Positions 16,740 through 23,943 of a DNA stretch of 32,000 nucleotides are shown one piece after another (position 1 is the stretch's first letter; each line of letters starts with the position of its first letter). Under the pieces are notes generated by a model that was not told where the DNA came from, did no database searches, and was given only the letters and a program-made list of their open reading frames with translations. Source of the DNA: Microaerobacter geothermalis (GTDB lineage: Bacteria > Bacillota > Bacilli > DSM-22679). The stretch lies in contig NZ_JAKIHL010000001.1 of NCBI RefSeq assembly GCF_021608135.1, forward strand, positions 321,744 through 353,743, in the 5' to 3' direction. Made by a program: the position numbers and the translations under genes.

Positions 16740-18719
16740 ATGGGCAAAAAGACGGAACAGGTAAATTCTCATATACCTCGCCGATTAAACATCATATACA
16801 TCATAGTCTTTTTTCTCTTTACGATTCTTGTTTTAAGACTTGCTTTTATTCAATTGGTACAGGGAGAAGAGTATTTAAGAACATCGGAAGAAAACAGTAC
16901 CAAAGTGATCCCCATCCCAGCTCCCCGGGGCTGGATTTTAGATAAAAATGGAGAAGTCCTGGTCAATAATAAGCCTGTATATACGGTTACCTTTCGTGAA
17001 GATGAACGAATGAACATAAACAGGAATGAAGTTGCCCAACAGCTTGCTCTCTATTTGGAAGATAAAGACGTTGAAGAGATGATCGCGGAAAACGATAGAG
17101 AGGGGATCATTCGTGAATTAAAAAGGTATGGTATGACTGAGGAAGATATTTCTTTAGACATGACCATTGAAGAACTGGGTAATTTGTTGGAAACAAAAAA
17201 AATACTTTACGCTATGGTTTCTGGTTATCGCTATATGCCCCATTCTATCAAGGCAGATCTCAGCTGGAGAGAGGTTTCATTAATATCTGAACACAGGGAT
17301 GAACTTCCCGGTGTGAATGTGGTTGTTGAACCCATGAGGCAGTACAAAAGAGGTGCATTTGCTACCCACCTTCTTGGATATACCAAGCCCATTGATGTTT
17401 ACAGCAAAGATTATTATGAAGCAAGGGGCTACCGTGTAGACGAGAAGGTGGGGGTTTCCGGCCTTGAAAAATCATATGAAACCCAGCTTCGTGGAAAAGA
17501 AGGAAAAATGGAAGCTAAAATCAACAGCCAGGCCAAAATTATTGAAACCAAAGTGATAGAAGCTCCACAGCGTGGCAATGATTTGGTTCTTACGATTGAT
17601 GCCAATTTCCAGGAGAAAGTAGAGGAGATATTGGCCGATACGGTACAGGAGGTAAAGACAAGAGAAAGAAATCCCCTCCCCGAGGTGGAAGAGGCCATTG
17701 CAGTGGCAATGGACCCAAAGACAGGAGCCATTTTGGCGATGGCCAACTTTCCGGACTATGATCTAAACATACAGAACAGCCCTGATTTTGGAAAGCTGTA
17801 CAATCAGTATGTAAAAGGAAAAGAAAGCAATAAGGCTATACGAGGGGGATTTCCAGCCGCATCTACCGTAAAGCCCTTATCGGTGATGTTGGGACTGCAG
17901 GAAAATCTCATTGATGAAAATACAGAGATTTTTGACCCCGGCTGGTATCAGGTAGGGGATATGAAGAAGAAAAACTGGAAGCTCTCTGGTCATGGCAGGG
18001 TGAATCCAAGAAAGGCCCTTCAGGTATCAAATAATACGTATATGTACTTTATTGCCATGGAACTGGCCAACTGGCCTGCTTCCCGTTCTGAATATAGGCA
18101 GAAATTTAGCGTAATAGATTATTACTTTAGCCAATTTGGTTTAGGAGTAAAGACTGGAATTGATTTGGAAGAGGAATTAACTGGATGGCGTTCCACTACA
18201 AAAAATTTGGGGAATTTGGCCGATGCCTTAATTGGGCAGTACAATGCCTATACTCCCATGCAGTTGACTCAATATGTAAGTACCATCGCCAATGGCGGGT
18301 ACCGGATGAGACCTTATTTGGTTGATGAAATCCGTAGAGCGACTACGCTGCCGGGAGAAAAGGGAGAAGTGTTGTTTAAGAGGGAACCGGAAGTGTTAAA
18401 CAGAGTGGATATTGACAGCAAATATATAAAATTGGCTCAAGAGGGAATGCGGATGGTTACCCAGCCTGGTGGAACCGCTTATTATACCTTTCTAGGGTTT
18501 CCCGTTTCTGTTGCCGCAAAAACCGGGACGGCTCAGACTGGGGTTCCAGGGATGAACAACTCGGTTATCATCGCTTATGCTCCGTTTGAGGACCCTGAAA
18601 TTGCCCTTGCCGTTGTTGTTCCCAACGGAGGAGGAGGTTCAGATGCCAGCGGTTTAATTGCCAGAAGGATTCTGGAAGCCTATTTCGGCATCAATCAACC
18701 ATCCGTAAATAATCCATAG
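16740..18719 (+). CDS. mrdA: Class B penicillin-binding protein (PBP2-type elongation transpeptidase)
   Basis: 659 aa with an N-terminal TM anchor, a PBP dimerisation domain, and transpeptidase motifs STVK (SxxK), SNN (SxN) and KTGTA (KTG). Located directly after mreD, as in many Firmicutes outside B. subtilis. Confidence 0.88.
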   Translation: MGKKTEQVNSHIPRRLNIIYIIVFFLFTILVLRLAFIQLVQGEEYLRTSEENSTKVIPIPAPRGWILDKNGEVLVNNKPVYTVTFREDERMNINRNEVAQQLALYLEDKDVEEMIAENDREGIIRELKRYGMTEEDISLDMTIEELGNLLETKKILYAMVSGYRYMPHSIKADLSWREVSLISEHRDELPGVNVVVEPMRQYKRGAFATHLLGYTKPIDVYSKDYYEARGYRVDEKVGVSGLEKSYETQLRGKEGKMEAKINSQAKIIETKVIEAPQRGNDLVLTIDANFQEKVEEILADTVQEVKTRERNPLPEVEEAIAVAMDPKTGAILAMANFPDYDLNIQNSPDFGKLYNQYVKGKESNKAIRGGFPAASTVKPLSVMLGLQENLIDENTEIFDPGWYQVGDMKKKNWKLSGHGRVNPRKALQVSNNTYMYFIAMELANWPASRSEYRQKFSVIDYYFSQFGLGVKTGIDLEEELTGWRSTTKNLGNLADALIGQYNAYTPMQLTQYVSTIANGGYRMRPYLVDEIRRATTLPGEKGEVLFKREPEVLNRVDIDSKYIKLAQEGMRMVTQPGGTAYYTFLGFPVSVAAKTGTAQTGVPGMNNSVIIAYAPFEDPEIALAVVVPNGGGGSDASGLIARRILEAYFGINQPSVNNP

Positions 18720-18727
18720 CAGTGCTG

Positions 18728-18908
18728 ATCCTTTCTGTCTTCGCTCTGCTTGAATTCCTGCTGAGGAGCATTTCTGTCCGGGAAGGCTTTCTGGTTCGGC
18801 GCATCGGGAACATCTGGGCAACTCAATGTGGTGAGACTACCCGATGCTTTTTCCTCACCAGAAATCCTTACCTGGGCAGGAATTCAAAATCGCTCAGACA
18901 GAAAGGAT
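18728..18908. repeat. ~180-nt imperfect palindrome (long hairpin element), unrelated in sequence to repeat family A-D
   Basis: Pairing segments: 18728-18740 ATCCTTTCTGTCT with 18896-18908 AGACAGAAAGGAT (13 bp). 18750-18761 TTGAATTCCTGC with 18876-18887 GCAGGAATTCAA (12 bp). AAGGCTTTCTGGT with the complement of ACCAGAAATCCTT (1 mismatch). 18801-18808 GCATCGGG with 18840-18847 CCCGATGC (8 bp). Confidence 0.7.
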
Positions 18909-19207
18909 AAGTCCCTTCAGTAGAGTAACTCAAGGGTGAAAGTTGTATCCTTGTGACGCAGACTGGCCCTTCTAACCTAATGGAAATCGTTTTGAGAGGA
19001 AAAAACTCCGCGACTGTCTCCCTCTTTGAATGATCCAAGATGTTTTGCGGGGTCCGATCAAAACGATTGAAGTGGACAGAGGAATGCTTCGATGTTGAAG
19101 GGAGTCAAGGCAAGGAGCAAAGATACACTTCTAGACTTATTTCAAACATCTAGCAGGAAAATGGTGATTCCTGCCGAATTCATCTTATGGTGGGGTGATC
19201 TTTGGAC

Positions 19208-19891
19208 ATGATGATAACCAAGCATAAAGTGATGATTAAGGGAACCAAAGATGGCCTGATTTTTATGTTTGATGATAGATGTTCCTTTGAAGATCTGATA
19301 GAAGAACTGGCGACCAAAATGGAAAGCAGTTATCAGCAGATTTTAACGGGACCCCTTATTCATGTCACGATTAAATTGGGAAATCGATATATTACGGAAG
19401 AACAAGAAGAAGAGATTCGAAGAATCATAGGAATTCAAAAAAATTTAGTCGTTAAACAAGTTGATTCCAATGTGATTAGCAAAGAGGAAGCTTTATTGGA
19501 AAAATTAGCATCCCAGATGAAAATTGTCACCCGTACGGTACGATCCGGGCAAGTTCTTCAGCATGAGGGGGATATTTTATTGCTGGCCGATGTAAATCCG
19601 GGTGGATGTATCATTAGTACGGGGAATGTTTTTGTGATGGGAAAATTAATGGGTATGGCCCATGCCGGGTACCCCAAAAATATCCATGCGGTTATTGGAG
19701 CCTCATATCTGCAGCCTACTCAATTAAGGATTGGACATGTGATCGGAAATCCACTGGAGAACTTGAATGAGCCTGCCATTGAGATGGGGTTTGCGTATAT
19801 TCAGGATGGGAAATTAACCTTCGAAAAAATTAGGCATCTTCACAAAATAAAACCTGAGCTATATGTACCATTATTTCCTTTATCCAACTGA
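19208..19891 (+). CDS. minC: Septum site-determining protein MinC
   Basis: N-terminus (V)MIKGTKDGLIFMFDD.CSFEDL and C-terminal beta-helix region RSGQVLQHEGDILLLADVNPGG.IISTGNVFVMG.L.G.AHAG typical of MinC. ATG 19208 preferred over track TTG 19202. Confidence 0.9.
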   Translation: MMITKHKVMIKGTKDGLIFMFDDRCSFEDLIEELATKMESSYQQILTGPLIHVTIKLGNRYITEEQEEEIRRIIGIQKNLVVKQVDSNVISKEEALLEKLASQMKIVTRTVRSGQVLQHEGDILLLADVNPGGCIISTGNVFVMGKLMGMAHAGYPKNIHAVIGASYLQPTQLRIGHVIGNPLENLNEPAIEMGFAYIQDGKLTFEKIRHLHKIKPELYVPLFPLSN

Positions 19892-19912
19892 TATAGAGGA
19901 GGGGAGTTAAGA

Positions 19913-20707
19913 TTGGGAGAGGCGATCGTTGTAACCTCCGGTAAAGGAGGAGTTGGCAAAACAACCACATCAGCTAATATAGGAACAGCACTAGCCTTAT
20001 CTGAAAAAAAAGTATGCCTGATCGATACGGATATTGGTTTAAGAAATTTGGATGTTGTGATGGGACTGGAGAACCGCATTATTTTTGATTTGGTTGATGT
20101 GGTGGAGGGAACTTGTGAGATAAAACAAGCATTGGTGAAGGATAAACGTTTTGATGCACTATATCTTCTTCCTGCCGCTCAGACAAAGGATAAAAGTGCG
20201 GTCAACCCCGAACAGATGGAGAAACTGGTTAATCAATTAAAGATTGATTTTGATTATATTATTATCGATTGTCCTGCGGGAATTGAGCAGGGTTTCAAAA
20301 ATGCCGTGGCAGGAGCAGATCAGGCCATCGTTGTTACGACACCAGAAAATTCTGCTGTAAGGGATGCAGACCGGATCATTGGTTTATTGGAAAAGGAAGA
20401 GATTGCACCACCGAAGCTAGTCATTAACCGGATAAAACCCCACATGGTAAAACGAGGGGAAATGCTGGATGTAGATGAGATTGTTCAGGTCCTAGGAATC
20501 GACTTGCTGGGAATTGTTCCTGATGACGAACAGGTGATTAAATCAACCAACTCCGGAGAACCGACGGTACTAAATCCCCAAAGCAGAGCAGCATTGGCCT
20601 ATCGCAATATTGGACGGAGAATACTGGGGGATGCAGTTCCCCTAATGGTTCTCGATGATCAAAAGGGAATGTTTTCTAAAATGAAAAAATGGTTGGGATT
20701 ATCTTAA
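19913..20707 (+). CDS. minD: Septum site-determining ATPase MinD
   Basis: Deviant Walker A SGKGGVGKTT and a C-terminal amphipathic membrane-targeting helix (GMFSKMKKWLGL). TTG start after RBS GAGGAGGGGAG. Confidence 0.93.
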   Translation: MGEAIVVTSGKGGVGKTTTSANIGTALALSEKKVCLIDTDIGLRNLDVVMGLENRIIFDLVDVVEGTCEIKQALVKDKRFDALYLLPAAQTKDKSAVNPEQMEKLVNQLKIDFDYIIIDCPAGIEQGFKNAVAGADQAIVVTTPENSAVRDADRIIGLLEKEEIAPPKLVINRIKPHMVKRGEMLDVDEIVQVLGIDLLGIVPDDEQVIKSTNSGEPTVLNPQSRAALAYRNIGRRILGDAVPLMVLDDQKGMFSKMKKWLGLS

Positions 20708-20733
20708 GGGGCCAATGTAGAGGCCCCTTTTTA
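20707..20733 (+). terminator. Intrinsic terminator after minD
   Basis: AGGGGCC (20707-20713), loop, GGCCCCT (20722-20728), followed by TTTTT. Confidence 0.75.
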
Positions 20734-20812
20734 CCAATCTCCAAGCAATCGTGATTATTGTTTGAATTAAGTTATACTAATAGCAGGTAGGTAGTTAGGG
20801 TAGGTGGCACAC

Positions 20813-21949
20813 ATGGGGATCGAAAAAAGATGGATTCGTGAATTTGACTGGATGATTATTCTTGTGATATTGGGTTTGTTTGCTTTTAGTTATATTGGCA
20901 TTTCTGGGGCAAATCCGCAGTATAATCAGCAAAATAAGCAGGTGATTTGGTATTTACTCGGTTTTGCCGTGTTGTTTGTGATCCTCTTGTTTGATTATCA
21001 TTTCATAGGTACCTATTCCTATATTTTTTACGGGATAGGGGTCATTCTTCTAATTGCCATTTTGATTAAGGGAACCATTACAAATGGAGCTCAAAGTTGG
21101 TTCGATTTTGGATATTTTAAGGTACAGCCATCGGAATTCATGAAGATTTTCATCATCTTGACCTTAGCTCGATATTTCTCCCAAAAGGAAGAAAAGGAAG
21201 AAAAAATAGAATCCTTTTATCAGCTGATTCCTGCGTTTTTGTTGTTGGGAGTCCCTCTCGGATTAATTTTGCTCCAACCTGATTTGGGGACGGCTTTGGT
21301 GTTTGTGGGAATATTTTTGAGTATTCTAATCGCTGTAGGAATTCCTCTGCGCCATTTTATTTATATGGGACTAATTATCGCTTCAGGTATCGCTGTCCTT
21401 GCTTATTTCTACAATTTTAAGCCTGAACTCTTTTTTTCTTTCATTCAGGAATACCAGTGGAACCGTCTGGTTTCCTTTATCAATCCTGATGGAGCAAATG
21501 CGCTGACCACCGGTTATCAATTAAAACAATCCCTTATTGCCATTGGTTCTGGTCAATTAACAGGCAAGGGGCTGTTTGCTGGAACACAGGCGAAATATAA
21601 TTGGGTGCCCGAAGGGGAGACTGATTTTATTTTTACGGTAATTGCCGAGGAATTAGGATTTATAGGGGCCAGCTTACTCCTTCTCCTCTTTTTCTTGTTA
21701 ATCTATCGGATGGTCCGGATTTCCATTGAGGCAAAGGATTCCTTTGGCAGCTATGTGATTGTCGGCGTTATTGGCATGCTGGTATTTCAGATTTATGAAA
21801 ATATAGGAATGACCATCCGCCTAATGCCGATTACCGGAATTCCCCTTCCTTTTATCAGTTATGGGGGAAGTTCTCTGATAACCAATTTTGTAGCCGTTGG
21901 TTTAGTTCTAAGTATTGGGATGAGAAGAAAAAAGCTGATGTTCTCATAA
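20813..21949 (+). CDS. rodA: SEDS-family peptidoglycan glycosyltransferase RodA (FtsW/RodA/SpoVE family)
   Basis: Ten-TM-type hydrophobic profile, with QPSEFMK, LQPDLGTA and PEGETDFIF motifs typical of SEDS proteins. ATG 20813 (5 nt after AGGTGG) preferred over track GTG 20804. Assigned to RodA rather than FtsW or SpoVE only because it adjoins mre/min genes. Confidence 0.8.
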   Translation: MGIEKRWIREFDWMIILVILGLFAFSYIGISGANPQYNQQNKQVIWYLLGFAVLFVILLFDYHFIGTYSYIFYGIGVILLIAILIKGTITNGAQSWFDFGYFKVQPSEFMKIFIILTLARYFSQKEEKEEKIESFYQLIPAFLLLGVPLGLILLQPDLGTALVFVGIFLSILIAVGIPLRHFIYMGLIIASGIAVLAYFYNFKPELFFSFIQEYQWNRLVSFINPDGANALTTGYQLKQSLIAIGSGQLTGKGLFAGTQAKYNWVPEGETDFIFTVIAEELGFIGASLLLLLFFLLIYRMVRISIEAKDSFGSYVIVGVIGMLVFQIYENIGMTIRLMPITGIPLPFISYGGSSLITNFVAVGLVLSIGMRRKKLMFS

Positions 21950-21960
21950 TTTATTCCTTA

Positions 21961-21989
21961 TCATATTCCCGCCGGACAAGTCATATAGT
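21961..21989 (+). promoter_or_regulatory. Candidate sigma-E-type (mother-cell) promoter upstream of spoIVFA
   Basis: TCATATT (21961-21967), 14-nt spacer, CATATAGT (21982-21989). This closely matches the recalled sigma-E consensus (-35 ATATT, -10 CATACA.T). B. subtilis spoIVF is sigma-E dependent. Confidence 0.4.
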
Positions 21990-22023
21990 GAAGGTAAAGA
22001 CCAATACGGTGGGGTGTTGATGA

Positions 22024-22806
22024 ATGGATGATTTTCGATCTTTTCGGGAACGAGAAGAAAGATATAAGGTGTTAAAGGAGAAGATCAGACAAAGGAAACT
22101 TGACAGAATGACGAGTGAATGGGAGCAGCCCACGTATAGTTCATACTTTCCATCAACGGTGCGTCAGCGTCATTCTTTCAGAAAAGAACACAGAACTACC
22201 CAAAAAGAAGTTTTGGCCATTCGTCTTTTTATTTCCATTATTTTGCTTGGAGCCACGTTTCTCCTTTTTCGGATGGAAGGGCCTTTCTTTAAGACTTCAC
22301 AGGATGCTGTCCGGGAAGTGATGGAAAGGGAGTTTAATTTTAAAGGTGTAGTAAAATGGTATGAACAGAAAATCGGTACCATCCCTACATTTTTCCCCAA
22401 TTTATCTAATCGTGTCATGCTGGAGGAAGACCGAGATGTTCCAGTTTCATATGCTGCGCCTGTTCTAAATGGTGCAGTCATCTCACCTTTTGTAAAAGAC
22501 GGGAAGGGAGTTCTGGTTGGAACAGATAAGGGAGAAATGGTCACCTCCATTGACGAAGGTTGGATTACCTATATTGGTCCGAAGGATTCTCTAGGACAAG
22601 TTGTCATTGTTCAACATCGTAAGGGAATAGAATCTTGGTATGGTTATTTGGGAGAATTATACGTCCAGGTGAATGATTGGGTGAAAAAAGGGGCGGTATT
22701 GGGAAAAGTTCGTCCTGATGGAAAAGGGGAGAATGGCTATTTTTATTTTTCCATGAAGAAAAATGGCCAATTTGTAGATCCCATGGAAGTGATTCCATTT
22801 GAGTAG
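22024..22806 (+). CDS. spoIVFA: Stage IV sporulation protein FA-like (membrane protein with LytM/M23-like C-terminal domain)
   Basis: 260 aa with a charged N-terminal region, one TM helix (LAIRLFISIILLGATFLLF) and a C-terminal M23/LytM-like beta domain (GVLVGTDKGEMVTSIDEGWITYIG...VVIVQH..G.ESWYGYLGE..V.VNDWVKKGAVLGKV). Immediately upstream of, and overlapping, spoIVFB as in B. subtilis. Confidence 0.75.
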   Translation: MDDFRSFREREERYKVLKEKIRQRKLDRMTSEWEQPTYSSYFPSTVRQRHSFRKEHRTTQKEVLAIRLFISIILLGATFLLFRMEGPFFKTSQDAVREVMEREFNFKGVVKWYEQKIGTIPTFFPNLSNRVMLEEDRDVPVSYAAPVLNGAVISPFVKDGKGVLVGTDKGEMVTSIDEGWITYIGPKDSLGQVVIVQHRKGIESWYGYLGELYVQVNDWVKKGAVLGKVRPDGKGENGYFYFSMKKNGQFVDPMEVIPFE

Positions 22807-22825
22807 GCCTTGGAGACTAGGCTCC

Positions 22826-23635
22826 ATGAAAGTTACGGTTCATCCCCTTTTTTGGGTGGTGATTGGTTTTGCTTTGCTTTTCGGAAGATTTCTGGAGATT
22901 ATTTCTTTATTTACCATTGTTGTGATCCATGAGTTAGGACATGTATATACAGCAAAGGCCTTTGGGTGGCGGGTGACAGAGATATCCCTTCTTCCTTTTG
23001 GAGGGGTTGCCAAAGTAGACGAGTTGGGAAACACCTTGATTCGTGAAGAATGTATGGTTGCTTTGGCAGGTCCCTTTATCAATGGGTTGATGATGGCACT
23101 TTCCGTCCTGATGTATAGATTGGGATGGTGGAACAGAGAATGGGCGGATTTTTTCTTTATAGGAAACGCTTACATCGCTCTTTTTAACCTATTGCCCATT
23201 TGGCCATTGGATGGAAGCAAAGTGCTGAAAGCCCTCATCAGCTATGCATGTCCCTACAGAAAAGTGATTCGCTTAATCATTTGGGTCAGTAGTTTCGGCA
23301 TCCTTTTTTTGCTTTGGACATCAGTATCCCAACCAGACAAACATTTGAATGTGCTGTTTATTAATTTTTTCCTCGCATACTCTACATTTATTTTCTACAG
23401 GCACAGGGAATATCATTTTTTTCGTTTTTTAATTGCCAAATATGATGCAATTCAATTGGCAAAGGAAAGCTGGCCCGTTAAATTCATATATATAAAAGGC
23501 AATGAACCGGTTAAGGATTTGTTAAAAAGACTATTTAGGGAAAAGTATCACCTGTTTTCCCAAATGGATGAAAAGAAGAAGAATAAAGAATTTATTGGGG
23601 AAGAAGTCCTTTTAAATGCCTATTTTAATCGATAG
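22826..23635 (+). CDS. spoIVFB: Site-2 (M50) intramembrane metalloprotease SpoIVFB (pro-sigma-K processing enzyme)
   Basis: HELGH (HExxH) within a TM segment and NLLPIWPLDG (NxxPxxxLDG) motifs. The N-terminus MKVTVHPLFWVV aligns with the recalled B. subtilis SpoIVFB start (..IHVHPFLW..). ATG 22826 preferred over track TTG 22799. Confidence 0.88.
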   Translation: MKVTVHPLFWVVIGFALLFGRFLEIISLFTIVVIHELGHVYTAKAFGWRVTEISLLPFGGVAKVDELGNTLIREECMVALAGPFINGLMMALSVLMYRLGWWNREWADFFFIGNAYIALFNLLPIWPLDGSKVLKALISYACPYRKVIRLIIWVSSFGILFLLWTSVSQPDKHLNVLFINFFLAYSTFIFYRHREYHFFRFLIAKYDAIQLAKESWPVKFIYIKGNEPVKDLLKRLFREKYHLFSQMDEKKKNKEFIGEEVLLNAYFNR

Positions 23636-23699
23636 CAGATTCTTGGAGGCAATTAGCTATCGGCCACTTAATGACTATCCCGTAATCGTCTATATGGAT

Positions 23700-23892
23700 G
23701 GGACTAAAGAATTTACTAAGGACAGCCTTCGAGTTCGTACTAAGCGAAGGGGCTAAAGAACGGAAATAGCCGTCAAACTGACTACATCGTTGAAATACTC
23801 AGATGTTTTTGATGGTTCCGTTTTTATCCCCGAAGCGGACATTAACCACATCTGGGCCGAACTCGACAAGCGGACGTGTAAACTTTAGTTCC
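23700..23892 (+). repeat. Copy C of the palindromic MITE-like repeat (most compact full copy)
   Basis: Left arm GGGACTAAAGAATTTACTAAGGACAGCCTTCGAGTTCGTACT, core GCCGTCAAACTGACTACATCGTTGAAATACTCAGATGTTTTTGATGG, right arm GAACTCGACAAGCGGACGTGTAAACTTTAGTTCC. The arms are mutually complementary with mismatches. GGAT occurs on both flanks (23696-23699 and 23893-23896). Confidence 0.78.
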
Positions 23893-23910
23893 GGATCTAT
23901 AGTCGAGTTA

Positions 23911-23919
23911 TGATACAAT
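23911..23919 (+). promoter_or_regulatory. Candidate extended -10 promoter (TGaTACAAT) for rng, just outside repeat copy C
   Basis: TG 23911-23912, TACAAT 23914-23919, about 25 nt upstream of the GTG start. No good -35 is visible. Confidence 0.3.
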
Positions 23920-23943
23920 GAATGAGGAAGGGCGGGTGTTACT

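Noticed and set aside
16592-16945. 117-aa ORF spanning the mreD/PBP junction
   Set aside because: It is out of frame with two well-supported genes and has no RBS.
18722-18910. 62-aa ORF after the PBP gene
   Set aside because: It coincides exactly with the ~180-nt palindrome. It has a GTG start without an SD, and the second half of the peptide is dictated by the complement of the first arm. Interpreted as non-coding.
20708-20812. Search for a minE-like small ORF after minD
   Set aside because: The spacer of about 100 bp contains only a terminator and the rodA RBS. No ORF of MinE size exists on either strand.
22115-22798. ORFs 22115-22321 (plus), 22170-22550 and 22604-22798 (minus) overlapping spoIVFA
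   Set aside because: Shadow ORFs within a gene supported by synteny and an M23-like domain.
1241-23870. Spo0A-box-like TGTCGAG / AATCGAA motifs inside the repeat arms
   Set aside because: They are only 5-6 of 7 matches to TGTCGAA and vary between copies. More simply explained as part of the repeat arm consensus.
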